Source: Psammoneis japonica (Eukaryota). From it: DNA of 64,000 nucleotides. Positions 1 through 12,914 of this stretch are shown here, one piece after another (position 1 is the first letter of the stretch; every line of letters begins with the position of its first letter). The notes below the pieces were generated by a model, which saw only the letters and a program-made list of their open reading frames with translations, made no database searches and was not told where the DNA came from. Location: positions 124,001 to 188,000 of the forward strand of contig QPGO01000002.1 of the NCBI GenBank assembly GCA_008632985.1. The letters are read 5' to 3'. The translations under genes and the position numbers were made by a program.

Positions 1-3000
1 TCACATGGCACTTCACTTCCAGGAACCCATGCACCATGTCGTCAAGCTCCCCTTCACACTTTTCAAAAGCAACCCACACATTCTTCATCTCCATGCAAAC
101 GGGCATCCTGCCAGAGGGTGTTGCCATTTGCACAATCAATCTGAATTGCCTCCTTGATGCTCTTCAGAATCCAAATGCCAAACTCGTGCTTTGGAAGCCA
201 GCACTTTGACTTGACCTTTGCAATGGAACGCTTGCAAGTTCTCACAACATGAGGACCCACCAAGCAAACGCCGCCTCCTTTGAGATCCTGCGTTGAATGG
301 CAAACTTGGCAACTTGCACAAGAAAGCTCTCTTTGGTGTCCTTCAAGTCAACCCATGTTGTGCTTCTGTCCTTCCATTGGAGCACAAGTTCCCATCCTTT
401 GGTGGACTTGCACCCTTTCCCAATGCCCTCCTCAGTCTTGAAGAACATGGATTGTGGAATGTCCCCATTTGCACAGAAATCTGCCATCTTGTCAAATGGG
501 AGGTGCCGGTTCCCAACCTTGGCAATCTGTGCAAACACTCTCATGGCAATGGAGTCAGCTGAGAGCACAGTGCAATGCCCATCAGGGTGCTCTGCCTCAT
601 GCATCCTTGTGTCAAGGATGGGATTGCCATTGTCATCTCTCAACCTCTTTGTGACACAAGCAAAACTCAGGGCCATCATCATCTCTTGATGGAAGTGCAA
701 CTTCCATGTTGAGACATCCCCAGTCAGCTGCCTCCAGCATTGATGCTGATGTCACAAGTCTTTGTGTGGTCTTCTTGAGTGTGTTTGCCACTTGCTTGAG
801 CCTGATGCACCATTGTTTGCTTGAGTCAGCAGTCAGCGGCCAACACATTGCCATGCCTCTCCTCAGACATGAAAGTCTTTTGGAGCACTGAGTCTTTCTT
901 GTCCTTCGCCAATCGTCTCCATGGCAGAGATCTGGGCTTCCAATGTGGAGATCTGGACTTCCGACTCTGCTCCCACATTGACAGTCTTGAGCTCAATGGT
1001 CTGTGGATTTCAAGGTTGTTGGGAGGTCATCTGGATCTTTGGGCATTTGTGCAAGTCCTGCTCTGTGGGAGTGCAGGTTGTCACAATGCAACAATGTTGG
1101 CCCCCATGGCTTCAAGTGGCACAATGAATGACTTGTCCTCCACAAGGATGATGTGCAGTGGCAAGTCAGAACAGGGATTGTCCTGGACCTTGACACCAAG
1201 ATGCCACAGCTGCTTTATGCCAACCAACAAGTTCTCCATGGAATCAGGCATCCACAAGCCCTGCGGTTGAAGACCAGAGTGAACGTTGCTCCCAATGTTG
1301 GTGACGTCCAAGCTGTGGCCACTGAAACTGTTGGGACACTCTTGATGGAATCGCACCCCTCATTGAAAGGCAGCACATTGCATTCTTGTCCAGAACAACC
1401 TGAGAAGGTAAAGCTTTGACCAAAAACAGTGGAGTCAGCATGCAAATCCATTTCATGTGTGAGTGATTCATGTGTCAGATGGCACTGCTGAGATGCGTCA
1501 TGTCAAGGCAACAACTGCGTGGATTTTGTTTTTCTGATTGACATGGCTGTCTCCAGCCCCAATGTGGCAACCACAACATGAGGTCCGTGATGTTGCTGAG
1601 CAGGGGATCCAGCTTGGCAGTGTCAACTCTGCTTTCCATTGCACCTTCTGCTGTGACCACCAAATGCATCCCCAGCATTGTGCCCATCTTGAGCATCATG
1701 CCTTGAACTGCCATTGCCAGAATCAGTGTTGATGCTGGTGTTCAAGGCAGAGATTTTACAGCTTGCTTCTTCAACCCTTCAACCACCACAGAGCAAATCT
1801 CCACGGGTGGAGATTTGCTCTGCTCAAGGAATTGTGATGTGTCATGCATTTGCATGACAATGCAGTGCACATGTCATGAAAAGGCACATCATGTGCAATC
1901 TGCGTAAAACACACCACAGGCAATTTTTCAATGCAAGCAAATCTCCACCAGCGGAGATTTGCTCCAAGGGTGTGGCATTTGCTGCTCCATTGTGATTGTG
2001 ACACATCACAAATTTCATTGTCAAAGGTTGAGATTTAGTTCCTCTCTGCACATGGATGAAACATGCAAAAAAACCGGTGCAAAAAAGTCAACATTGAACT
2101 TTCTAAATTGCAAAAATGCCCCCACAGAGCTTTTGTTGAATGCGTGCTCCAAAACAAATTCATGTGGATCAGTTGTTGTTCACATCTGGAAATGCCACAT
2201 TTGTCACATTGGTGACACAAGCAAGCAAATTTCCACCCGTGGAGATTTGCTCAAGTCCGGTGGTTGAAGGGTTGAGGATGGATCATCATTTGTTTAGAGC
2301 TTGCAAATGATTGAAAACAACCTGGATTTGTCACTTTGACAATGCGTGCATTTGCCAAAAAACAACTCATTGACAGGTCAAACTTTGTCTGTTTGCAAGA
2401 CAACATGGGGTTCACATGTGATGGTTGCAACCATGCACGATGTGCAGCTCAATGACTGCAAATGTGTCCATGGCCGGTCAAACCCCAGTTGTTGGCATTT
2501 CCTGGAAAGTTGTGGCTTGTCTGCCACAAACAGTCCAATTTGGGCAGAAAATGGCAGTTTTTTGCATGTGGCAACAGTGGCACATGCAACAATTGACATT
2601 TGAAGGTCAGCGTGTGCAGTTCACACAGAGGTCTGACAGCCCTGATGGGGGCTGGACACACTCAAAAGAAAACAGTGCCAAACAAAAATCCAGCCCCAAG
2701 CTGCAACAACAGCTTCTGATTCTTCTGCATGAGCAACTTGACAGATGCAGTGCAGCGTTTGGGGTTTCTGGGTTGTTTGGCAACACCCAGACTGTTTGTC
2801 CTCCTTGTGGCATCCAGCGTCAATGAATCTGTCTTCATTGCAGATGGTGCCACCCTCCCTTCCTCCTCCAGAGGCAACTGTGGCAATGGCACGACAATGT
2901 GCAATCATCTCTGGAAGAGTGGCAACCTTTGTGGCAAGATGGCCAGCCACCACGGCAAATGTGATGCCTCCTCCAAACTTGTTGTGTGCCTTCAAGGTTT

Positions 3001-4322
3001 CAACTGCGGCTTGCAGTTGTTGGTGCTGCGTCTTCTCAAAAAGGATGCACAATTTCTGGGCCTCTGTCTTTGGCTCATCATTCTCTTCAAAGACATCAAA
3101 CATTTCTTGAAGTTTGTCAATGAATGACTCAAAAGGCACAGCGCGCTCACTCCTGCAGTGGGGAGCATGCTTGGCTTCAGAGATGCAATGGAAGGTGTTT
3201 CCTTCTCCCTGGCAGTGATTGCACAATGCCCTGAAGTCCACTTGTCCGTTCTGCTCATCCTTGTGGTCTTTCAACCACTGTTCACTCGGTGTCCCCACAG
3301 CAAGGGGTTCAATCAACAAGTGAGCTGCATGAGTGTCTGCTTCAAAAACAGAACCTTTAAGAGGTGCACATGCAATGCACTTCTGGACAAAAGTGTTGTG
3401 ACCTTCAGGTTAAGGCTCATCATTGTGACAAGTGCAACGCACCAACGGCACCCCAGAGACCCCCAGCATGATGCCAAGCATGTTTGTCAAACCAGTGCAC
3501 CACTCAACCCAATCCTTCTTGTTCTCTGACATCCCAGGTGATGCCTTTTTGCCAAGAGATTCAGCAGTGGCCTCAGTCTGGGAGCAAATCTCAGCATGAC
3601 TGAGTGCCATCTACAGTGCAGCAGCACAAAGAGTTGCCTGATTGAGCCCATCAAGGGCAGGATCTTCACTCATGTGACCAAAGTCCTGAGCCCAATGGAT
3701 GAGAGCCTTGAGTTGGTGACTGCAGGCCAAACCAAATGAGTGCACCCTTCAGCAACTGCCCTCCCAGCACATGATGATGCAAGAGAGTCAACACCTTCTT
3801 CCTTGAGGTCTTCCAAATCATCGAAAGATGCAAAGTCTGCCACAAGCAAGACTCGTTGAGCTGGATCAACAAATCCGATCCATTCAAGAGCTGTCTTGAT
3901 TGGATCCAGAGGAGCAGCCGCCATGGTGGTGCCTGGACCAGTGGAAAAACAAAGTTGTGTGAGAGATCACATGATGAGATGATGTCTCAATTTTGTGCTG
4001 ATGACAACACATGGCCATTGGAGGCATGGAGATTGACCATGTCATCTTGCTGCTTGTGCACTCACTGATGCCAGGTGATGACAATCATCACACATCCTTC
4101 AATCAACTGGCACTTGTTGTCATGACCCTGCCATCATGGCGTGATTGTTTCTTCGCGGTTGTTCATCGTTTTTGTCAAACTGAGCATGTGAGCAACGGCT
4201 TGGCTCTGACAAAGCAAGCAAATCTGGCTGCTGGACAGGCTCAGCCACTCACAATCTCAGTGTGATGATGAGAGTGCAACCAATGAGATGCTTCTGGGCC
4301 TGTCACAACTGCAATTGCAACA
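1..4322 (-). mobile_element. Degraded Ty1/copia LTR retrotransposon, diatom CoDi-like (gag, protease, part of pol; integrase core apparently deleted; runs off the window start)
   Basis: Gag-like ORF pieces 3924-2621 (MAAAPLDPIKTALEWIGF...; FESFIDKLQEMF). Protease motif DLHADSTVFG (~1450, cf. DSHADT). KQWCIRLKQVANTLKKTTQR (~800). TKGWELVLQWKDRSTTWVDLKDTKES...FAWWV and HEFGIWILKSIKEAIQIDCANGNTLWQDA are typical of the CoDi post-integrase region. Many stops and frameshifts. The 4322 end (TGTT start of a putative LTR) is tentative. Confidence 0.85.
1775..2271. mobile_element. ~500-bp piggyBac-type MITE inserted in the copia element
   Basis: Terminal inverted repeats CCCTTCAACCACC...GGTGGTTGAAGGG, flanked by TCAA (1771-1774) and TTGA (2272-2275), both one transition from the TTAA target site. 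Three copies of the hairpin AGCAAATCTCC-N6-GGAGATTTGCT (~1792, ~1937, ~2224). No coding capacity. Confidence 0.8.
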
Positions 4323-4329
4323 AGAGTGA

Positions 4330-5750
4330 GACTGTTTCTGTGGCTGCAGAGTTTCCCTCCGATGCCACGTCACAGTGCCACCGCCTCAACTGCCATGGCA
4401 CAGCAGACAATCCCTGATGCTCTGGATTTCACTTGCGTGTGTTGCGCACGCGGGAATGGAACAAGAGTGCATGCAGCAGGCAATTTTTCACTTGGTGTGG
4501 GCAGAGCATTTTGATGAACTCGACTCAAGTGCAGCAAGAGTCAACACACCAAAGCAACCCAGATGACAAAGTGTTGGAACGAATGCATGACAACAACTCA
4601 ATTCAATTCAATCCTGGAATTTACACAGCCCTTCCCGACTGCTGCCCATTCCAAGCTTTCAACAATGCCTGACATGCCATTCAATCCACAACCATGAACA
4701 GGGTCAGAGCACACATGCAATGCAAAACAAGTGCAACCCAGCATTTGCAGCTTTGTGGGTGGAAACACTGCACAACTGAAAATCACATTGGATTCTCCCA
4801 ATCAACATCAAATGCAGCAATGACTGTTCTTGCCACTGACACTGCTTTTGTGGCCAATGTCTTTTGCAGTCCTGGTTGTCTGCCAGGGCTGCTTCTGGTC
4901 TGGTGAGCCATCATGCCTGATGGTGGTTGGAGGTGCTGGGGGGTGACCACCAAATTCCCAATTCTTCATCGATGCACCCATCCAAAATGCTGCAATTTTG
5001 CAGAAGTTTTTTGCAGTGCCAGGCAGCAATCACAGCTCAGGATGACTCTGCCATGTGAGATGCTGCACATCAAATGCAAGAGAGAGTGAATTTGCAGAAA
5101 ATCCAACAGATGCCTCCCAGCTCCCCACAACAAGCACTCTGATCACTTTCCCTGCCTGGAGCATGATTGACACTGTGACATTGGTGTGAGCGACCTTCTG
5201 ATGGCAACAGCATCACATCTGCCATTGCTGTCATTTTGTTGAACAAGCTGTCTGTCACAATGTTGGCTGTTCCTGCAATGATTTTTTCAGCAAGTGCAGA
5301 TTCATCAGGTTGCTGTCTGTGTGGCAGGCAGGACCATTTGACAGGGTCAGTGTTGTGCTCAAGTTTCGTCGATGCGCGGCCAGTGGTCATGAGCCTGTTG
5401 CTCCCATTTTGCATCGCTTCAGCTGGAAAAAATCCTGGGCAATTTGTTCTCATGACCATTTAGATGGCAGACTTGTTTCCCTCTGCTGCGCCATTGAGGA
5501 TGTCTTGAGTGGCACTCCACACCCTTGAGTCGTCCCTGACCTCCTTTTGCTTGCTCCTCCTCATCTCGTCCCTGCAGTCTGCCTCGCTCTGCTGTGCTTG
5601 CCAGCCTGGCCAATTCTGCCCAACACCTGGCATTGCAAAGAGTCTCAATCATTTGCGCAACAGTTTCTGTGCTCTTCAACCTGTTGAGAATGAACAAGTT
5701 GAAGTGCGACAGTTGTGAGAAAAGACTCCAGTGAGTGCCCCGCAGCAAAT
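4330..5750 (-). mobile_element. Degraded non-LTR retrotransposon fragment with RNase H-like domain
   Basis: ORF 5459-5070: KIIAGTANIVTDSLF...APGRESDQSACCGELGGI resembles the AVSDGS...PG..DQSAYRSELGG RNase H motif of diatom LINEs. Boundaries approximate. Confidence 0.6.
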
Positions 5751-5761
5751 GTTCTCAGAAT

Positions 5762-6080
5762 GAGTGTTTGCCCATTTTTGGACTTTCTCTCACCTTTCTT
5801 TTCTCATGTGTGCTTTTCCAAGTATGATGAAGCATGTCATGCATTGGCATTGTTGGCAGGAAAACTTTGGCGGCAAAGTGGCATCAGCTGTTGAAGTTGT
5901 GAGATTCGAGCATGAGCAACAGCAAGAAAATTACACAAGGCGTTTTGTCCACATTTGGACTTTATCTTACCTCTCTTTTCATGGACATGCTTGTCAGAGC
6001 AAAATGTGGCATGTAATGTGTTGGTGTTGTTGGTGGGAAAAGGTTTGGCGGCACAATCTAGCATCGGCTGTTGCTGCCGT
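5762..6080. repeat. Diverged two-copy tandem repeat (~175-bp period)
   Basis: ~5762-5900 aligns with ~5938-6080 (TTTGGACTTT..., TTTGGCGGCA..., GCATCRGCTGTTG). Confidence 0.7.
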
Positions 6081-6180
6081 CATGTGGTCTGTTTCATTGT
6101 TGTTTTGAGCGAGCGACGTCTGGGAGTCGTGCGTGCGAATTCACTATTTGGAACAATGACTGATGTTAAGTAGTTGATCG

Positions 6181-6395
6181 AATGTCGTTATGTAACGTAT
6201 AAAACGATGCTTTATGTAGCATAAACTTCGCATATGTAGCTTATAAAGTTATGCTACATTAAGGCAGGGTGAGCAATGAAAAGTCGCGTCATGCAGCTTG
6301 TAAACTTCCCCTATGTAGCACAGAGCTACATAAGGGTGAGCAATTAAAAGTCGCGCTATGTAGCTGTCGTTATGATGTAGCTTTACCCACATGTA
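6181..6395. repeat. Cluster of short (T)ATGTAGC motifs in both orientations, possibly a DNA-transposon subterminal region
   Basis: About 7 ATGTAGC/GCTACAT copies plus duplicated AGGGTGAGCAAT(G/T)AAAAGTCGCG. Abuts the start of the duplicated gene fragment. Confidence 0.5.
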
Positions 6396-6400
6396 TGCGA

Positions 6401-8241
6401 AGTGAATCGAATAACGCAACACCAAGGCCGCTTAATATCGCTCTTCCTCGAAGGTCTCACGAAACCATTTACGCCTGAAGAAAAGGAGCTCTTGGAAATT
6501 ACGTTTGAAGAGAAGCTTACAACAACCTCTCAGGAGGCTGCAGAGACATTTACGAGCGAAGCATCAGCAACGTGCAGCTTGTGAACTATGAACTACTCCT
6601 AGCTGGCGACGGAACGGTTCCATTTATGGATACGGATTGGACAGTAGATGTTCTTTGCAATGGGTGCTCTCCGATTGAACCCATGTGAAACTCTGGAATC
6701 GAAAATAAGACGATCGAATCTGGGAGTGAGAAGAAAAACCTTTTTGATCGCAAGCAGTCTTCTCCCTATCCTGAAGATGCTCTTCACAGGAGAACTGAAG
6801 AAGAATTCAAAATACGATCCACAACATTTTCTGCATCCGATTTTATGCCTCAATTAAATTTCAAGTTCCTTGAAATTGGAATTGACGAGTTCGAAGCAAT
6901 ATCCGAGTTGTATGTGATTGATACGAACGGGGTCGAAGCCGAAATCATCAGAATAGACAATCAGAGCCCTAGTCAGCCAGCCCCGTCGAATTCGCCATCG
7001 AGTTCGCTATCGAGTTTGCCATCGAGTTCGCCTTCGATTTCGCCATCGAGTTCGCCTTCGATTTCAAGCTCCACATCACAGCCAAATAGTCCTGCACCGG
7101 CAGGTTCAACATCGGCTCCTGAAGAGCCCAGCACAGAGCCTCCAACCACGTCTTCGCCCGCAGCAACCCCCACCCCGCCCCCAATTGCACCAAAGACGGG
7201 GCCACCGACTGCAACTCCAACGAAACAGCCCACAAACTCACCAACGCGAAAGCCAAGTCTGCTGCCGACTTTGCAGCCATCACAGAATCCGACTCCGACT
7301 CCTACCGTTGATCCAACACCACCCCCGACTCTCGAACCAACTCTGCCGCCGACTCCAAATCCAACATTGCCTCCCACACCACCGCCATCACGAAACCCCA
7401 CTCCGCCTCCCACCATTAATCCGACGCCACCGCCATCACCGAAACCATCCCTACCTCCTACACCAAATCCAACAACACCTCCCACACCACCACCGTCTCA
7501 AAATCCTACTCCGCCTCCTACAATTAATCCAACACCGCCACCATCACCGAATCCATCTCTACCACCGACGCCATTTCCAACATTGCCACCGATACCGCCA
7601 CCTACCATTAATCCATCACCGCCGCCATCTCCTAATCCATCTCTACCACCGTCGCCGAATGCGACACCGCCACCAGTACTGAACCCAACTCTACCTCCAA
7701 CACCTGATCCGTCGTCGGCAACTCTACCTGCTACAGCTTTACCAGCCTCAGTGTCTCCAACGACCACTCTTGGCGTGCCTTCTTCGGCTCCATCCTCGTC
7801 TTCAGCAGGACCGATTGGAGTACCTAGCTCTTGTGCCATCTTCCTTACCATCTGCAGGCCCAAGTGATGCAGCTACAGAGTAAGGAGCTTTATTTTCAGA
7901 ACGCAACCAGGTGGTACAGGTTATCTTGTCCATTCCGAGCGCGGCGGACAAACTCAATTCGGTACCATGTGACAGAGACGGCCGGTGGTGCCAGTCATCA
8001 GATCAACTACCTCGAGTTCTTTGGATTTATCACTTCCCCCCTTTGACGGTGCCAAGTGATGCGTTTGGGGCTCCTTAATTGGCATTTTTTGCGGTTGGAG
8101 TCTTTTGCGCAGCCGTTCAAGGTACGATTGGTACCACCAGTACGCCATGCCATTTTTCTCTAAAGTCAGGCTAATTCACCCCCATTCAGTTGCATTGACT
8201 ATTAGCACAACACCTGAGGTATCACATCATGGGTCTATGGG
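6401..8241 (+). pseudogene. Internally deleted, frameshifted, inverted partial copy of the giant mucin-like gene at 44.1-55.6 kb
   Basis: 6401-7830 matches the reverse complement of ~55583-53800 with deletions; ~7831-7869 matches ~45328-45290; ~7882-8241 matches ~44426-44071 (C-terminus plus 3' flank). Small indels break the frame. ORF 6845-7867 is near identical to the parent protein. Confidence 0.92.
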
Positions 8242-9103
8242 AATGCCAAGCGTTGGGCAGAGTTGGTTGGGTTGGCGAGCGCAACAGAGTGAGGCAGAAC
8301 GGAGGACGACAACGAGGAGCAAAAGGGGATCAGGGGTGACTCTAGGGCGTGGAGCATTCTTCGTGGTAAATCTACAATCTACCACTTTTGGAAAAGTCCG
8401 GGAATAACCGGCAGACGAGGTTGCTCTTGTCTCTAAACATTTGAGTGACTTCCTGGGTTGCTGACTGCAGCGGCACCCAGGCAATTTCTATCTGCAATGC
8501 TGTTCACAGGCGCCCACCCGCCTCCGAACAGCGTGACGGTCTCAGAGAGCCAACGGGGTGGCATCCCGGCGAGACTGAGAGTGGTGCCTCCAAGGAAGGG
8601 GGTGCCACTTGAAGTTGTAGACCCGAAATCTCTGTAGATAGGGTTCGGCTGCCCTCGAAAGCTGGTGCGCGTGGATTGTTGTCTTAAAACTCTGCGGAGG
8701 ACACAATAACCGGAGCAAGGAGCAGGCGACATTGGAGCAGCTATGCGACATGGGAGTCGGCGGCGTTGGAATAGCTAGGCTGTGTAAGAGTCGTTGGCGA
8801 TAGCTGCTATGCGGCGTGGGAGTCGATAGAGGTGGAGTTGATGTCATCTTTCGTTTCAAGTCTCCAACAACAGGGCATTGTTGTTGTTGCGCGCTTCTTT
8901 CGCTACACTGTAACCACACTTCATGATGCACTCTACTAGCAGCCGCATTTCTTGGCTAAATTGACAATGTATTTTCTTCTACTAGAGTACTTACTATCCT
9001 TTGTGCTGTCCGCCAAACTCAAGCAATGCAGTGAGTACTCGAACGAATGCACTTGACCCTTGACCCCCCTACTCCCGCATCAAAGTCTACGATGACCACT
9101 GCT

Positions 9104-11934
9104 TCACCAGAGACCCGGATTATCACGCCGAAACTGCTCCACAAAGGTGTCGAAAAGCAAGGGAAGTACGTCAGGCTTGTTCCCTTGCGGCACAATCCCG
9201 AGACTCTTCAAGATTTCTTTTGCGGCCGTGAGAGGGAACGCCGTGTACACTATCCCATGCTCCGAAAACATTGCTTTGCGTGCGGCATCGTCCATGTCCA
9301 GCCACAAGATTGCGATAATCGCGGACAATACCAAGGGAAGTGATTCTCCCGGAAGCTCGTAGTCACCATAATTTTGAAGCACAGTTTTCTTTCGCTTCGG
9401 CAAAGGCTTCTCGGCCAGTTTTTCTTTCAACGCAGGTGCGTTCAAAACGCAGGCTACCTGCTCACATGTCATACGCGTGGAATCTTTTGAGACGTGATCT
9501 AGAAGCTTCTTGTACAGCACGGTGCCCTTCTTGCAGCTCACGTTGTTTAACAATGAAAATACCATCTGCTGGTACCCCAAAGCCTTGTTCAGAGTGTCGG
9601 TGGTTTCATTGGCCAATGCCTCGCGCAAACTCTTGTCAACGGCATAGATCCGGGATGGGGGAGCTATCGATGAGTCTGAGCCGACGTCAATCACCTCAGG
9701 CAGCAACGTTTCCGGAGGTGAGGGCCGAACTTCATTGGCTTCAAAGCCCTGGGATGGCGGAGCCTCGTCAGATACCGCCGGTGATCCGTTTGTGCTCACT
9801 ACCTTGCCCTCGGGCGATGGAGGATGCTCGGAGGACACCGCTGACGAGGGCGTAAACAGGAAGGCTGATTCTTGAGAAGCCAATGACGTGGGGGTATCCA
9901 GATCAACGTTGTCGCAATGATGCATGATGGCACGTGCTGCAACGTCGTCGTCCTCAAGACCGTTGCCTTCGATAGAGAGGTGATCCACTTTGACCTTGCT
10001 CACAAATTTCCCAAGGAGTTCGAAACTGGCGTTGCCCAGATCGTTAGTAGCAAAGTTCACGTACTTCATCTCCTTGATATGCGGGTTCTCCAGTAGAGCA
10101 TTTATAATGCTCTCAAGGCCATGGTCGCCGAGTTCAGCATCAGCGAAGTTCATCTTCGACAGGCGCTTTTGGGTTTTCAGGAGCTCCCCAAAAGCATCTG
10201 CTCCCTCTTTCCCAACCGTAACGGCTTCAGCACTGAATTGTTCCAACTGGCACCCTTTCTCTTTCAAGCCAATAAACACCTGCTTGCACTCTTGAGGGCC
10301 CAGGCTTGCGTCAGAGATATTCAAGTGCTTGATGGCTCGGCTCAACTCAAGGACAAGGATGAGCAAGCGAACTTGATGCGAAGCTAAATTGGCACCAGTT
10401 AGATCCAAAGCCTTGAGATTGTTGAAAGGCTCAGTCCACGGCTCCAATGTTTTGCTCGCCAAAGCATGGAGAACCCTATTCCACACCTTCGCGGTCATTC
10501 CTCCTCGCAAGTCGTGGAGATCGAGCGTCTTCAGATGAGGCGCCGCCTTGATGAGTTTGCCAATGGCCATCAATGCGGTGTCATCGTCGGTGTCCGAACA
10601 AGCCGTAATGTTGCCAATGGCGAGCGCTTCCAGGGACGCAGCACGTGCCGCGAGCTCTCCGAGAATAGCGGCGATTGTGTTTGCTTGAAGGCCCGCGTCA
10701 CAGAGCGAAACAACTTGAAGTGAGTCCTTTTCCAGCTTGCTGAAGAGGGTTGTCACTGCTAGAGCAACGTCGGGGCCCATCGCATTTTTTTCGCATACGA
10801 AGTAACGGAGATTGGGTGCTGGACTCAAGGCATCGCATATAGCACTCATGACCGCTGGACCGGAATCCGAATGGGTTTGGGTTAGAATCTCGGTGATGTC
10901 GATGAACTCGATATGTTGTCGCACGTCGTTTTCTTTCAAGAACGATGCGATTTTGGAGGCTCCTTTCTTCGTCATTGGACAGCCCGAAAAAGTCAACTTG
11001 GTGACCTTCAGTCCCTGCTTCAGGCCACGTTTCACACACGGAGCCCAAGCCTCCCCGATGAGCTTCATAGCGCCATGCTTGTCCAAAGTTTGACGGCGAG
11101 GTAGTCCACTAAGAGTTATGCCCTCGCCGTTGTGGAAGAAGCCGTCAAGACCGAGATCGACCGGCATGGAACGGGCCTCCTTGAACAGTTGGGAGAGATT
11201 GGAGCGAATGGACGCCTCATTGGGTGAAGCTTGATGTGCACCTTGGAGAAAACCGGGTGCAGTGTTGATGCTTGGGGGGCGGAGATGCTCACGCACTCCA
11301 TCCAACTGGCGGTGCGGGAGGACAACGGGCTGAGACTTCGGCAAAGCGTGGGCGTCTGGGCCGTCTTCGAAATTAAGGCGCCGCTGGAGCTGGAGCGCGC
11401 ACTGGCGGTCACACCATAGATTTCTTGAGCACGAACGGAGTTGTCGGTGCGTCGGACAGACCGGTCGACATTCGTGCGCCTGCTGTTGTCGGTGTGGCGG
11501 CGGACCGAGTGGTCGACGGTCGAGCGGCTGTTGTGCCCAACGTAGCTGGTGCTGCCGATCGACACGTTCGCTCCTTCGCCCACATTGAGCACCAATGGTG
11601 GAGGCTGCTGTAGAGGCTGCGGTGTCTCTTCCTGCGCCGCTGTTGCCACTGTCGCGATCGGCGTTGTCGGCGCCAAAATGTTCAATTGTCGCTTGCGATG
11701 CTGCAGCAAGTCGGCTAGTTTTTTGCGGTTGTGCTTGTGGTTGGGATTGTCCTCATTCCAACATTCCCACAGACTCGGGTGCTTGAATCGGTTTTTATGA
11801 CAGTCGAAGATCGGACCCAGCCTCGTGGAGTCATCTCCGCGTCCGCAAAACTCGCTGAATCCCCCGTGGTCTTCGGCCATTTGGGTGAATTCAGCATCCA
11901 GATCTTCCGTCCAGGGATCTGCGAGGCTCTGCAT
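9104..11934 (-). CDS. Leucine-rich repeat protein (ribonuclease-inhibitor/RanGAP-like LRRs); split over two frames near 11340
   Basis: 746-aa ORF with RI-type LRRs (LKTLDLHDL, LKALDLTGANL, IKHLNISDASLG, MKYVNFATNDLG, HLSIEGNGL) begins at a non-ATG codon. The overlapping upstream ORF has an ATG at 11934 (MQSLADPW...). The join (intron, frameshift or error) is unresolved. Confidence 0.7.
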
Positions 11935-12914
11935 TCTTCTTGTTTGATGAGTTGGTTCTTGTTGACAATCAAAAGGCAAGATTATGAGAGGTAGAGGCAC
12001 GAGCGCAGTGTGCTCTGCGGCTCTGCGTTCGGATTTGTGCCGTGCCTTGTGAGAGATTTTGTGAAATTTCCCGTAGATTTCCGCAGGATTTGTACGAAGA
12101 GTCGCGTAGATGACCCGCACACGACCCGCTCCAACCGAACGAGCATTCACAAGACTTCGTGTCGGTTGGAGTAGACATGAAATTTTGCCGACAGAAATCA
12201 AAAATGGAGGGAAAAAGTGGTCGCTCTCTAAGTGATTTGAGACGAGAATTTGTGTTCAAATCTGATTGGCCGTAAGGTCGCGATTTTTTGAATGCAGCCG
12301 TGTGTAACACATGGCAGAGTCGTCTACTGAAGCTTTGTTCATTAATATGAACATAAAGTAAGTATCAAAATTAAAGATGAAAATTGCGCGGGGCATTGAA
12401 TGTGAATTGTTCAAAATGTCCTATGATATATTGGAATCCATGCAGTCTCGGTCAGTCATTTGGTTTGTATAGTGATCCTGTAGAAGTGAACGTGAAAATA
12501 GTCATAATTTACTTCCGTTGCTAAGAACCTACGTAGGAATCACAGTATGTTTTCCGCAGGCGGACAGGAATCACGACTCGGAAATCACGATCAGCAACAG
12601 GAGGACCAGAAGAAAGACATCGAAGGGCAAAAAGACATCGTTCACAAACCCGATAGTTCCTAAGTAAATAAAGAGGACCAAAACTCTCGCAAACATCGAT
12701 AGTGAAATCGTTTGCGTCACCGACCTACGTCATACCGGTAGATCAGAAACCGCAGCACTCTTCGCTACATCCTCCACAAGATGAAAAACAATATAGCAAT
12801 GAAGCCGGTCCGGTTGCTCGCGTTTTTCATCACATTGCTCTCTCTCTCTCTCTCTACGAGGGGTTGAACAATGTTGCAAGGCTATTTATTCGCACTAGTG
12901 GTTGATGACTTGGG

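Noticed and set aside
1..5800. Alternative genetic code or real Tyr-free proteins as the cause of the odd ORFs
   Set aside because: Neighbouring host genes use Tyr and TAA normally, and the loss affects non-coding TIRs, target sites and all frames.
9104..11934. LRR gene or another gene in the window as the mutator enzyme
   Set aside because: I saw no deaminase (HxE...PCxxC), methyltransferase or TET/JBP motif in any intact ORF.
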